Assembly (NCBI GenBank): GCA_965116875.1
Contig: OZ220733.1
Location: 2,592,001-2,656,000, forward strand
Reading direction: 5' to 3'
From: Candidatus Latescibacterota bacterium
GTDB lineage: Bacteria; Latescibacterota; UBA2968; GCA-2709665
DNA length: 64,000 nt
The position numbers and the translations under genes were made by a program. The notes beneath the pieces are model-generated. The model was not told the origin of the DNA, did no database searches, and was given only the letters and a program-made list of their open reading frames with translations. Positions 1 through 10,194 of this stretch are shown here, piece after piece (the first letter of the stretch is position 1; each line of letters starts with the position of its first letter).

Positions 1-92
1 GCGGACTTGCACATGAGATTGCCCACGCGGTCGGTGTTCCACATCCGCCGGGTTGCGATGCGGGGCTTGCGACCTGCGATTCTAAGGCACTG

Positions 93-788
93 ATGTGGTC
101 GGGTTATGCCAACTACCCGGTCACCTACTTGCGTTTCGACGAGAAGGAAATCCTGATGCGCTCGCCATTTTTCACGGGAGATGCGATGCCGATGGACCCG
201 GCCGGCACGAACGAGGGCTTATCGATAGTGCATGGTGTGGTCCTGAGTCCGACCGGCGCTCCCGTTAAAGGGATCCGCATCTCGTTGGTGGCCGATTCCT
301 TCTGGAACTGGGGGGAGGCAGGGCAAAACGGGACTTTTCGGATTGGCGTTCCCAATGAAGCGTCTGGTCCGTTCGTGGTGTCTGTCCACGGTGGGCAAGC
401 CGCCAGTTGCCACTGGCTTGGGTACCACGGCCCTGGCGGGCTGACCTCACAGCGCGAAGACGCGACACAATTCGCGATTCGTGCGACGACGGGGATCGAG
501 GTCAGGCTGCCGTTGATGCCCGATGTGTTGTGCGGTCGGGACAGGACGATAAGCGGAACCGTACGCGGACCGGACTGACGACTCGTCTGAGCAGTCGCGG
601 CTCAAATGTTCAGCGAGGTGCGGCTCACCTCACAGGACGGGACCTTTGAGCTTGCCCTGCCTGAGCGAGCTAGCCGGACTTCGGTGCGTAAAACGATTCT
701 CCGCCGCTGCTTGCTCGAGAACTACCTCACGGGGGGCGCCGCTGGCGGAGAGTGGTGCCGTCTATTGAGATTGGCCAGGTGGATCTGA
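93..788 (+). pseudogene. Fragmented gene for a repeat/carboxypeptidase-regulatory-like (Ig-fold) protein
   Basis: ORF 93-578 has 'VHGVVLSPTGAPVKGIRI...GTFRI' and 'ISGTVRGPD*'. The similar motif 'TSQDGTFELAL' continues in ORF 606-788 after a stop. Confidence 0.35.
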
Positions 789-874
789 CAGGAAACGAAT
801 TCAGGCTTGCGGTTAGCCCGGATGACTGTCAGTCCGAATTGACTGTGGCGCCAGTAAAGAAGGGAATGAACGCT

Positions 875-1045
875 TTAGGGTCTTCCCGTTTCCACCCGCA
901 ATGACAAGGGCCGATTGCGATGGCATTCTGGCGACACGTCAACTTCGGTTTCGATAATCGCCTGTATGTACGGCCTGGCGTCTTTATCGACCTTCAGCAA
1001 GTCATTCACGGCGAGAGTTGGTAGAAATTCGACCACGTATCGCAG
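875..1045 (-). pseudogene. Possible RelE/ParE-like toxin remnant
   Basis: The minus-strand translation LRYVVEFLPTLAVNDLLKVDKDARPYIQAIIETEVDVSPE...RPL resembles the N-terminal half of RelE toxins. It has no clear start and is truncated. Confidence 0.3.
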
Positions 1046-1195
1046 AAACCGGATACCGGGACAAATCCAGGACATCCGGACAAACCTTAGGACCTGATTT
1101 CGGTGTTCCGTCGAGGGTTTTCTTGTGGACCGGCTGCAGGATTGCAGATTTCGGAATGCCGGTGCGCCGCTCAGGTAACAAAAAAGGAGGCAGCT

Positions 1196-2005
1196 ATGTG
1201 GACTCGCGTTTTTACATCCATTTGTACCGCGTTTGTGTTGTGCGGGCCGGCACTTTCCGGAGAGATGACCCGTGGATTGACCATTACCGGAGGCCGGAAC
1301 GCCGGGGCTTCGCTGAAACTGGAACGCGCGAACGAACCGGGCGACGAAAGCGGCATTCTGAAAATGCTCGTGTCGGTGGAGCAGACCAATGATCTGAAGG
1401 GATACGGGTTTTCGCTGCAATTCGATCCCGTGAAGTACGAGTTCGTTCGTGCCACGGAACTCGACGGCAGCGTGCTGAAATCCGGTTCCGGACAGGAGAC
1501 GCTGTTCCTTTCGTCGAACCGAACGCCGGGGCAGGTGGATATCGGCGCGGTGAAGATCGACGGCCGGGCCGCCGGCGGCGACGGGAAACTCGTCGAACTC
1601 GTATTCAGGACGGGCGGGACGCCGTTGTCTTCCGACTTTCAGGTATCCGAATCCGTCCTTTTGGGCATGGATGGCGCCGTCGACGTGCTGCATCACGCCG
1701 AAATCGGCGATCTGAAGCCGCTGCCGGATCGCTTCAATCTGGAGCAGAATACGCCCAACCCGTTCAACCCCTCCACCGTAATCGGATACCAGTTGCCGGA
1801 GTCGGGTATGGTCCGGCTGGCGGTTTATAATCTGATCGGCCAGGAGGTGCGCGTACTGGTGAACGAACGCAGAAACGCGGGGTCGTTTACGGCGACGTGG
1901 GACGGGGCGGACGCGTTGGGCCGGCGCGTCGCCAGCGGCGTCTATCTGTATCGGATACAGGCGGGCAGTTTCTCGGCCACCAAAAGGATGCTGTTGTTGA
2001 AGTAG
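1196..2005 (+). CDS. Secreted cohesin-like domain + FlgD-Ig/T9SS-like C-terminal sorting domain protein
   Basis: RBS AAGGAGG precedes ATG 1196, followed by a signal peptide. Cohesin-like segment 'DLKGYGFSLQFDP...GDGKLVELVF'. C-terminal 'LEQNTPNPFNPST.I.YQLP...WDG.D..GRRVASGVYLYRI...KRMLLLK'. Confidence 0.8.
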   Translation: MWTRVFTSICTAFVLCGPALSGEMTRGLTITGGRNAGASLKLERANEPGDESGILKMLVSVEQTNDLKGYGFSLQFDPVKYEFVRATELDGSVLKSGSGQETLFLSSNRTPGQVDIGAVKIDGRAAGGDGKLVELVFRTGGTPLSSDFQVSESVLLGMDGAVDVLHHAEIGDLKPLPDRFNLEQNTPNPFNPSTVIGYQLPESGMVRLAVYNLIGQEVRVLVNERRNAGSFTATWDGADALGRRVASGVYLYRIQAGSFSATKRMLLLK

Positions 2006-2158
2006 ATCCGGAGAGGAATGCCGCCATCTGGCGGTCGCGCAGGAACGTCTCGACTGCGACAGGCATCGGCAGAGTTTATGTCGCGCAAGAGGGGCCTGTT
2101 TTGAAGGCTGACCGCGCCGCAGGCTTATGATCCAAACGGATACAAGGGAGGACTTGCC

Positions 2159-3586
2159 ATGAATCCTGTATCTCGCGTGTTGTTGATTGCGGTTGTCGGC
2201 CTCTCCGTGTTAACAGGCGCAGTCTTCGTCGTGTCCAGCGAAGACGGGGTCTCGTCTCTTGCCCCTATTGCCGGTGGCGAGTTGGCTACCGGCGTGGATA
2301 GTGACTCCGTCGAGGGTATGTTGACGGAATACGCCGCGAAAACCGCCCTGGGCAACAACGCAAACGCGATTTTGTCGGTGGACCTGATCGCCGATGGCGG
2401 GGCAGGCAACCGGAGGGACGATGGGGTGACCACGGGCGCCGTGTCGGGACGCGGCACGAAAATCGCCCTGGAAGTCTTCGCCACGGGGGTTGCGACCACT
2501 CTGCGCGGCGTCATCCTCAAATTCGACTTCGACGCCTCTCTCGTGTCTTTCGTCAAAGCCGAAAACACCGCGTTTGCCCTTTCGCTGCCCGAGGGATCCA
2601 TCGGCGCAGCCCTCGCCGCCACTTCGCCCGCGACACTGGCGTCTTCGGGATTCCTGGCGCGCGCGGAGTTCGAGACGGTGGCAGACGTAACGGGCAGGGC
2701 GTTTTCCATCGGCATCGAGTCTGTCACACTCGCCGAAAACTCGACGTCCAGCGACGTACTCAGGACAAGCAGTGAGATCTCGTTCAACACCGCGCCGTCC
2801 CCTGACTTCGACGGCGACGGGACCGTTGGTTTTTCAGACTTTCTGACTTTCGCGGGCGCGTTCGGGTCGAGTCAGGGCGATGGGAAGTACAATACCGCGC
2901 AGGACCTGAATTCCGATGGTTCGATTGATTTTACGGATTTTCTCATCTTTGCCGGCGATTTCGGCAGTCAGGTCCCGCCCTACGGCGGCGGGGGAACAAC
3001 GACGCCACCGTCCGGCAACCCCGATCTGATCGTTGAATCCCCTTCGGTAGACGACGATACATTGACAACCGGGCAGTCGTTTACGCTGAACGCCACGGTG
3101 CGCAATCAGGGCAACACTTCGGCAGCGGCCACGACCCTGCGGTATTATCGCTCGTCCAACGCGACGATTTCAACGGATGACACGGAAGTGGGCACGGACG
3201 CCGTGAGCAGGTTGTCGGCGGCGGCTACCAGAGCCGAGTCGATCAGCCTGAATGCGCCGTCGGATGCCGGGATCTACTACTACGGAGCATGCGTTGACGG
3301 CGTCAGCGACGAGAGCAATACGGGCAACAACTGCTCGTCCGGCGTAAGCGTCACCGTCAGCGGAGGTGGCGGCGGTACCGCCAACCTGGGCGCCTGCCGC
3401 GTCGGGTTGGTCGTGCGGCCCAATCAGAGCTGTACCGTCAGCGGTGGGTCGTTCAGAAATATCGGCGGCGGATGTTACAACTATACGCCGTTCGGTTCCG
3501 GCAGGATTTGCAGCGCGAGTTTCAACCTGAACGGATTACAGGGCTCCCGTGCCGGCGATGATTTTCGAATCACTGCGGTGCCTTGA
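2159..3586 (+). CDS. Secreted modular protein A: cohesin-like N-domain, dockerin-like EF-hand pair, CARDB, Cys-rich C-terminal domain (type 1)
   Basis: RBS GGAGG and signal peptide. 'PDFDGDGTVGFSDFL...DLNSDGSIDFTDFL'. CARDB 'PDLIVESPSV...VRNQG...YYYGACVD'. Confidence 0.8.
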   Translation: MNPVSRVLLIAVVGLSVLTGAVFVVSSEDGVSSLAPIAGGELATGVDSDSVEGMLTEYAAKTALGNNANAILSVDLIADGGAGNRRDDGVTTGAVSGRGTKIALEVFATGVATTLRGVILKFDFDASLVSFVKAENTAFALSLPEGSIGAALAATSPATLASSGFLARAEFETVADVTGRAFSIGIESVTLAENSTSSDVLRTSSEISFNTAPSPDFDGDGTVGFSDFLTFAGAFGSSQGDGKYNTAQDLNSDGSIDFTDFLIFAGDFGSQVPPYGGGGTTTPPSGNPDLIVESPSVDDDTLTTGQSFTLNATVRNQGNTSAAATTLRYYRSSNATISTDDTEVGTDAVSRLSAAATRAESISLNAPSDAGIYYYGACVDGVSDESNTGNNCSSGVSVTVSGGGGGTANLGACRVGLVVRPNQSCTVSGGSFRNIGGGCYNYTPFGSGRICSASFNLNGLQGSRAGDDFRITAVP

Positions 3587-3640
3587 TCACCGAGGAACAG
3601 CGGGCAAAACGCCTACGAACAATGGTACCCCGCGGGCTCC

Positions 3641-3685
3641 GGCGGGCAGTTTCTCAGCGACCAGGAGGATGCTGCTGTTTAAGTA
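3641..3685 (+). pseudogene. Relic copy of the 3' end of the 1196-2005 gene
   Basis: ggcgggcagtttctcagcgaccaggaggatgctgctgtttaagtag matches 1959-2005 (AGSFSATKRMLLLK*). The following intergenic DNA also resembles 2006-2158. Confidence 0.7.
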
Positions 3686-3839
3686 GACTCCGCGGCGAAT
3701 GCCGGCCGCTGGCAGTTGCGCGAGAACGTCTCGACTGCGCCAGGTATCAGTAATGCTTTTTCCGTGCAAGTGGGGGCAGATTTGGTGGCTGTCCTCGCCA
3801 TGGGCCTCTTATCTAAACGGATACAAGGGAGGATTTGCT

Positions 3840-5954
3840 ATGAATCCTGTATTTCGCCTGTTTTTGATTGCGATTGTTGGCCTCTCCGTGTTAACAGGTG
3901 CGGTTCTCGTCGTGTCCAGCGAAGACGGGGTCTCGTCTCTTTCCCTGATCGCCGGCGGTGAGCTGGCCACCGGCGGGGGTGGTGACTCCGCCAAGAATTC
4001 GTTGTCGGAACACGGCGCAAAGATCGCCCTGGGCAACAATGCGAATGCGGTTTTGTCTCTCGACCTGATAGCTGACGGCGGGGCGGGCAACCGGCGGGAC
4101 GACGGCGTGACCACGGGCGCCGTGTCGGGACGCGGCACGACCATCGCTGTTGAGGTATTTGCGACCGGCGTGAGGACGACTCTCGCCGGCGTGAGGATCA
4201 GGTTCGATTTCGACGCTTCCCTGCTGTCGTACGTCAAGGCCGAGAACAGCGCGTTTCCACTTTCGCTTCCGGAGGGGTCCACGGGCGCGAGTCTCGCTTC
4301 CGCGTCGCCCGTGACACTGGCGTCTTCGGGGTTCCTGGTGCGCGCCGAGTTTGAGACGGTCGCGGATGTCTCGGGCCGGGAGTTTTCCATCGGCATCGAG
4401 TCGGTCACCCTCGCCGAGAGTCCGACGTCCAGCGACGTCCTCAATACGAGCAGCGAGATCTCGTTTAACTCCGCGCCGTCACCCGACTTCGACGGCGACG
4501 GGACCGTGGGGTTTCCGGATTTCCTGGCATTCGCCGGCAATTTCGGGTCCAGCCGGGGCGATGCGCGTTATGAAGCGCGGTTCGACCTGGACGGCGACGG
4601 GTCCGTTGCCTTCGCGGATTTTCTCATCTTCGCCGGCGCCTTCGGAAGTCGGGTTCCGCCATCCGGCGGCGGTGGAGGCGGAGGTACGCCGCCGGCAGGT
4701 AACCCCGACTTGATCGTTGAATCTCCCTCGGTCGACGACAATACGCTTACCACCGGGCAGTCGTTTACGCTCAGCGCCACGGTTCGCAATCAGGGCAATG
4801 CTCCGGCAGCGTCCACGACCTTACGGTATCTTCGCTCGTCCAACGTGACGGTCTCGACGGATGACACGGAAGTGGGTACAGACGCTGTGAGTACGCTGTC
4901 GGCGGGGGCTAACAGCCCGGAGTCGATCGTCCTGAATGCGCCATCCTCGGCGGGGACCTACTACTACGGCGCCTGCGTTGACGACGTCAGCGACGAAAGT
5001 GATACGGGGAACAATTGCTCCGGTGGCGTGACGGTAACCGTCGCTCGGGCATCCTCCGGCCTTGCCCCCGCAGACCAGAATGCGTTCAATCGTCTGGCCG
5101 TCGGTAAGCGAATCCTGGCCGAAACGTATTTTGCGGATATCGTGGCCGCCGGGAAATTCACGGAAGGATTCTCAAGAGACGCGGGAAGCTATACATATAC
5201 AAGAAGGGGTGGGGATACCGGCGAGCTCACGCAAATCTACGACGATTCGGAGCTGTTCGGGGGCAGGTGTACAATCGAACTGACGTTTACGTCAACGACC
5301 GCGGGCACTTTGGGTTACACGTGTGCCGACGGCGCCAGCGGCGAAGCGGAGAATTGGAAGCTTTCAGATCTCTCGACTCCGGTTTTTGCACGTGCTTCCG
5401 CGGATACACTGCATTTCGCGATTCTGGATACGTGGCGGGCGGGACAGACCAGAGCTTATGACCTCCAATTGAGGACAAAGACACCTCAAGGGCGTTGGAA
5501 CGACGTATGTGTGACATTCACAAACCGGTCGGACGAATCCATTACCACCTACGTGGGTCCATGGATCTACTCGCCGGACCTGGAGCCGAATACGACCTAC
5601 GAATTCCGTTACCGTTACAGAAACTCGGCTTCCTGCGATACCGGCTCACCCGGTTCCTGGTCGCCAATTGTCGAGGGCACAACCGCGGCCGCTGGGACGG
5701 GTGGCGGCGGGAGCGGAGGTGGCGGAGGAAGTCTTGGCGCTTGCAGGGCCGGGTTGGTCGTGGATCCCGGCGAAACCTGTACTTACAAGGGCAATACCTT
5801 CTCTGTTTCCAGTTCCGGAAGGGGATCCATCGCGTTCTTCAACGCCGGTACCGGTATAGACGCCAGAGGTGCCACCATAAACGGTGTACGGTGGAACTTT
5901 CATGCCACGAAAAACAGTGGCAGCAACAGTTGGACGATTCACGTAGCCGATTAA
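3840..5954 (+). CDS. Secreted modular protein B: cohesin-like, dockerin-like, CARDB, unknown beta domain, FN3-like, Cys-rich C-terminal domain (type 2)
   Basis: ATG 3840 after GGAGG. The N-terminal ~400 aa are paralogous to protein A. FN3-like 'DLEPNTTYEFRYRYRN...GSWS'. Confidence 0.8.
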   Translation: MNPVFRLFLIAIVGLSVLTGAVLVVSSEDGVSSLSLIAGGELATGGGGDSAKNSLSEHGAKIALGNNANAVLSLDLIADGGAGNRRDDGVTTGAVSGRGTTIAVEVFATGVRTTLAGVRIRFDFDASLLSYVKAENSAFPLSLPEGSTGASLASASPVTLASSGFLVRAEFETVADVSGREFSIGIESVTLAESPTSSDVLNTSSEISFNSAPSPDFDGDGTVGFPDFLAFAGNFGSSRGDARYEARFDLDGDGSVAFADFLIFAGAFGSRVPPSGGGGGGGTPPAGNPDLIVESPSVDDNTLTTGQSFTLSATVRNQGNAPAASTTLRYLRSSNVTVSTDDTEVGTDAVSTLSAGANSPESIVLNAPSSAGTYYYGACVDDVSDESDTGNNCSGGVTVTVARASSGLAPADQNAFNRLAVGKRILAETYFADIVAAGKFTEGFSRDAGSYTYTRRGGDTGELTQIYDDSELFGGRCTIELTFTSTTAGTLGYTCADGASGEAENWKLSDLSTPVFARASADTLHFAILDTWRAGQTRAYDLQLRTKTPQGRWNDVCVTFTNRSDESITTYVGPWIYSPDLEPNTTYEFRYRYRNSASCDTGSPGSWSPIVEGTTAAAGTGGGGSGGGGGSLGACRAGLVVDPGETCTYKGNTFSVSSSGRGSIAFFNAGTGIDARGATINGVRWNFHATKNSGSNSWTIHVAD

Positions 5955-6158
5955 TGACTGCTGCCGTCGGACGGTGTACACCGGCTTCACGTCCCAATCG
6001 GAGCTGTACAGTCAGCGGAGGGTCGTTCAGGATCATCGGCGGCGGTTGTTTCAACTCTAAACTGTTCGGGTCGGGAAGGATTTGCAGCTCGAATTTCAAC
6101 CTGAACAGATCGCAGGGCGCACGTGTGGGCAATGATTCTCGAATCACTGCCGTGCCTC
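5954..6158 (+). pseudogene. Orphan copy of the protein A C-terminal domain (type 1), stop codon lost
   Basis: Translates RPNRSCTVSGGSFRIIGGGCFN...FGSGRICSSNFNLN...RITAVP, matching the end of 2159-3586. Its ATG overlaps the upstream stop (TAATG). Confidence 0.75.
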
Positions 6159-6370
6159 GATTGCCGTGGAATAGCGGCCAAGACGAACAGAAACACTGGT
6201 ACCCCGTGCGTGCCGGCGTGAAGTCCCCGGCTGGCCGCCGCCGTTCCGGCTTCTGTACGGGAACCCATTGACGACGAGAGGCAATGTCGCTTATGAAGCA
6301 ACGACGGGCGGATCCGGATGGCCGACCGGGCCGCAGGTCTGGTATCGAAGTTGATACAGGGGGTTCTGCA

Positions 6371-9300
6371 ATGATTCCATATTATCGCAACTTGCTGTTT
6401 GTTGTCGTTGGTTTCCTGGTGTTTGGTGGCGCGGCGTTGCTCAGGGCCGATTCAGCAGCGGATTTGCGTCCGGACCCGATTTCCGGCGGCAAGCTGGAGA
6501 CCGGTGGGTATGACAACGCTCCGGACACGATGCCGGAATACGCCGCGAAGGTCGCTCTGGGCAACAACGCAAATGCGATTTTGTCGCTTGACCTGATCGC
6601 CGACGGCGGGGCGGGCAACCGGAGGGACGACGGGGTGACCACGGGCGCCGTATCGGGACGAGGCACGACAATCGCCCTGGAAGTCTTCGCCACGGGAGTT
6701 ACGACCACTCTGCGCGGCCTCATCCTCAGATTCGACTTCGATGCCTCTCTCGTGTCGTTTGTCAAAGCCGAAAACAGTGCGTTCCCTCTTTCGCTTCCGG
6801 AGGGTTCCGTCGGCGCAGGTCTTGCCGCTACGTCGCCCGTGACGTTGGCCCCCACCGGGTTTCTGGCGCGCGTGGAGTTCGAGACGGTTGCAGACGTAAC
6901 GGGCAGAGAGTTTTCCATTGGCATCGAAAAGGTCACGATATCCGAAAGCGTCACGTCGTCCGATGAGCTGACGACGACCGGCGAAATTACGTTCAACGCC
7001 ACCGGCTCTCCTGACTTCGACGGCGATGACTTCGTGGGATTCACGGACTTTTTGATTTTCGCGGGCGCATACGGGTCCAGGCAGGGCGACGGGAGGTATA
7101 ATGCAGCGCAGGACCTGGACTCCGATGGTTCGATTGACTTTGCGGACTTTCTGATCTTCGCGGAGAGCTACGGTGGTCCGCCGCCATCAACGGGCGGCGG
7201 AGGCAGCGGCAATCCGGACCTCGTCGTCCAGTCCCCTTCCGTAAGCAACGGTCGCGTTTCGCCCGGGGCGGCATTTACGATTGGCGCGACGGTCCGGAAC
7301 CAGGGTAACGGGCCGTCTGCCGCGACGACGTTGCACTACTACCGCTCGACCGACGCGACAATCAACGCCAGCGACACGCAGGTAGGCACAGACGCGGTGA
7401 ACGGACTTGCGGCAGGTAACGTCAGCGCGGAGTCGATCAATCTGACGGCGCCATCGTCCTCAGGCACCTACTACTACGGCGCCTGTGTCGACGCGGTTTC
7501 CGGCGAGTCCATTACCGGGAACAACTGCTCCCCCGCCGTCTCGCTGACGGTTGCCACTGCGCCCCCGCCGCCCACGGGAACATCGAAGCTCTATTGGACG
7601 GACTGGGGCACGGACAAGATCCAACGGGGCAACCTCGACGGTTCGGGAGTGGAAGACCTGGTCTCCGGCGCCGGGTTGAAAGGGCCGGACGGATTGGCGC
7701 TGGACACGGCGGGCGGCAAGATGTACTGGACGGACGCGGGAACGAACAAGGTGCAGCGCGCCAACCTGGACGGCTCCAACGTGGAAGACCTGGTCACCGG
7801 ATTGGGAATACCGTACGGTCTGGCGCTGGACGTGTCCGGCGGCAAGATGTACTGGACGAACAGGCAGACGAACAAGATCCAACGTGCGGATCTCAGCGGG
7901 TCTAATGTGGAAGATCTGATCACCAGCGGTCTGACGTTTCCCGGCGGCCTGGCGCTGGACGTGTCCGGCAAAAAGATGTACTGGACCAATCCAGGCGCGA
8001 ACAAGATTCAAAGATCCAACCTGGACGGCTCGGGGGTCGAAGATCTCGTCACCAGCGGGATAATCAGTCCCACCGGGATCGCGCTCGACGTATCAGGCGG
8101 CAAGATGTACTGGACGGACCGGCGCTCGGACAGGATCCAGCGGTCCAACCTGGACGGGTCCGGAGTTCAAAACCTGGTCACAAGCGGCCTGCGCAGCCCG
8201 AACGGTCTGGCCCTGGACGTATCGGGCGGAAAAATGTACTGGGCGGATGAGGAAACGAACAAGGTGCAGCGCGCCAACCTGGATGGGTCCAACGTGGAAG
8301 ACCTTGTAACCGGATCAGACGGGCTGGTCGACCCGTCGAGTGTAGCCCTGGAGACCACGTCCGGCAGCGGAGGACGCGGTCCCGGTCCGGGCGGTGGTGG
8401 CGGAGGAAGACCCTCGGCCGACCTGGTGGTTGAAACGCCTTCGGTCAGCAACAGCAGCCCGACGGCCGGATCTTCCTTGACCCTGAGCGCGACGGTCCGC
8501 AATCGGGGCAACGGCCCGTCCGCGGCTACGACGTTGCGTTACTTCAGCTCTTCGGACGCGACCATTTCCGCGAGTGACACGGAAGTGGGAACGGATGCGG
8601 TGGGCGGGCTCTCCGCTTCCGGGTCCAGCGCGGAGTCGATCGCCCTGACGGCGCCGTCGTCCGCGGGTACCTACTACTATGGCGCCTGTGTGGATGCGGT
8701 ATCGGGTGAATCCGACACTGGGAACAACTGTTCATCGGCCATGACCGTAAATGTTGTCGCCGCGCCCGTTCCGGACCTGGTCGTCGATGCCCCAACGGTC
8801 AGCAACAGCAGCCCGACGGCCGGATCTTCCTTGACCCTGAGCGCGACGGTCCGCAACCGGGGCAACGGCCCGTCCGCGGCAACGACGTTGCGTTACTTCA
8901 GTTCTTCGGACGCGACCATTTCGGCGAGTGACACGGAAGTGGGAACGGATGCGGTGGGCGGGCTCTCCGCTTCCGGGTCCAGCGCGGAGTCGATCGCCCT
9001 GACGGCGCCATCGTCCGCGGGTACCTACTACTACGGCGCCTGTGTGGATGCGGTATCCGGTGAATCCGCCACGGGTAACAACTGCTCTCCGGCCGTAACC
9101 GTAACTGTAGGCGCCGCAGCCGCTCCGGACCTCGTCGTCGATGCCCCAACGGTCAGCAACAGTAGCCCGACCGCCAACCAATCCTTCGTCCTGAACGCCA
9201 CCGTCCGCAATCAGGGCAACGGCCCGTCCGTGGCCACCAACCTGCACTACTATCGCTCGACCGACGCGACGATCACGACGCAGGATACGGCCGTGGCCAC

Positions 9301-9943
9301 CGACGCTGTTGACAACCTGTCGGCGGGGGCCGCCAGCGCCGATACGATCCGTCTGTTTGCGCCGTCGGATGCCGGGATCTACTACTACGGCGCGTGCGTT
9401 GACGACGTCAGTGGGGAGAGCAATACCAACAACAACTGCTCATCCGGCGTCACCGTCACCGTCAGCGCCAGTGGCGGCGATAGTCTGGTCATAGCCGCGG
9501 GAGCAGAGAAAGAATACACAACGTCCTTTCGTGGTGGTTTCAGTTATGACTCTTTCATAGAGAGCCTTAGATATCGGGCCGTGTCATCGGACATTGACGA
9601 TGGTCTGTTGGGTTTGTCAGACGTTGAGGTGGGAATAAGGTACCAGCAATCCAACTTCGATCCGCAGAGATTTGTAACCGAAGTGACATTTGGATACAAA
9701 CTCGGAGTAAGCTCAACAATACCCCTGGATTCCACACTACGGGCTACAATTGTCTATGCCATCACAAAGCAACCATTCGCACCTGTTCCTGGTACTCGCG
9801 TGGCAACGTATACCGTTTCCATAGTCGTGCTTGTTAGTAACGATGGAAGCATTAGAGGAAATGCAATCCCGGGAGACGTGGAGTCGTTGGAGCACGTCCG
9901 CATGCAGGGTCGTCAGTCTCGAGTTATCCTGGAAGAACGCTGA
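6371..9943 (+). CDS. Secreted modular protein C: cohesin-like, dockerin-like, 4x CARDB, 6-bladed YWTD (LDL-receptor class B) propeller, unique C-terminus
   Basis: Signal peptide from ATG 6371. Six repeats 'GKMYWT(D/N)...KIQRANLDGS.VEDLV'. Four CARDB copies. Confidence 0.85.
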   Translation: MIPYYRNLLFVVVGFLVFGGAALLRADSAADLRPDPISGGKLETGGYDNAPDTMPEYAAKVALGNNANAILSLDLIADGGAGNRRDDGVTTGAVSGRGTTIALEVFATGVTTTLRGLILRFDFDASLVSFVKAENSAFPLSLPEGSVGAGLAATSPVTLAPTGFLARVEFETVADVTGREFSIGIEKVTISESVTSSDELTTTGEITFNATGSPDFDGDDFVGFTDFLIFAGAYGSRQGDGRYNAAQDLDSDGSIDFADFLIFAESYGGPPPSTGGGGSGNPDLVVQSPSVSNGRVSPGAAFTIGATVRNQGNGPSAATTLHYYRSTDATINASDTQVGTDAVNGLAAGNVSAESINLTAPSSSGTYYYGACVDAVSGESITGNNCSPAVSLTVATAPPPPTGTSKLYWTDWGTDKIQRGNLDGSGVEDLVSGAGLKGPDGLALDTAGGKMYWTDAGTNKVQRANLDGSNVEDLVTGLGIPYGLALDVSGGKMYWTNRQTNKIQRADLSGSNVEDLITSGLTFPGGLALDVSGKKMYWTNPGANKIQRSNLDGSGVEDLVTSGIISPTGIALDVSGGKMYWTDRRSDRIQRSNLDGSGVQNLVTSGLRSPNGLALDVSGGKMYWADEETNKVQRANLDGSNVEDLVTGSDGLVDPSSVALETTSGSGGRGPGPGGGGGGRPSADLVVETPSVSNSSPTAGSSLTLSATVRNRGNGPSAATTLRYFSSSDATISASDTEVGTDAVGGLSASGSSAESIALTAPSSAGTYYYGACVDAVSGESDTGNNCSSAMTVNVVAAPVPDLVVDAPTVSNSSPTAGSSLTLSATVRNRGNGPSAATTLRYFSSSDATISASDTEVGTDAVGGLSASGSSAESIALTAPSSAGTYYYGACVDAVSGESATGNNCSPAVTVTVGAAAAPDLVVDAPTVSNSSPTANQSFVLNATVRNQGNGPSVATNLHYYRSTDATITTQDTAVATDAVDNLSAGAASADTIRLFAPSDAGIYYYGACVDDVSGESNTNNNCSSGVTVTVSASGGDSLVIAAGAEKEYTTSFRGGFSYDSFIESLRYRAVSSDIDDGLLGLSDVEVGIRYQQSNFDPQRFVTEVTFGYKLGVSSTIPLDSTLRATIVYAITKQPFAPVPGTRVATYTVSIVVLVSNDGSIRGNAIPGDVESLEHVRMQGRQSRVILEER
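8443..9094 (+). repeat. Near-identical intragenic tandem duplication (354-bp period) of a CARDB module
   Basis: ggtcagcaacagcagcccgacggccgg... starts at both 8443 and 8797, with few substitutions over about 300 bp. Confidence 0.9.
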
Positions 9944-10194
9944 CGCTTCTCATCGCGAACAGTTTACGTGACACCTCCCGCCGTGGTTTTCCGGAACCGG
10001 CGCCAAAAGCACGAGCGAATGTAAACTCCGATGCAGAACGTCCTGGAGCGTCAGGGGCCGTAATATTGGACGCCTACGTGACTCCATCGAGAAGTAACGC
10101 CCATTTGGTTTGACGATCCCTCCGGCTCCTATGCACAGGCCGGGTCAGGTGGTGCTATACGCCCTGCTTCGCGCGAGGAAAAGGGAGCAGTTTC

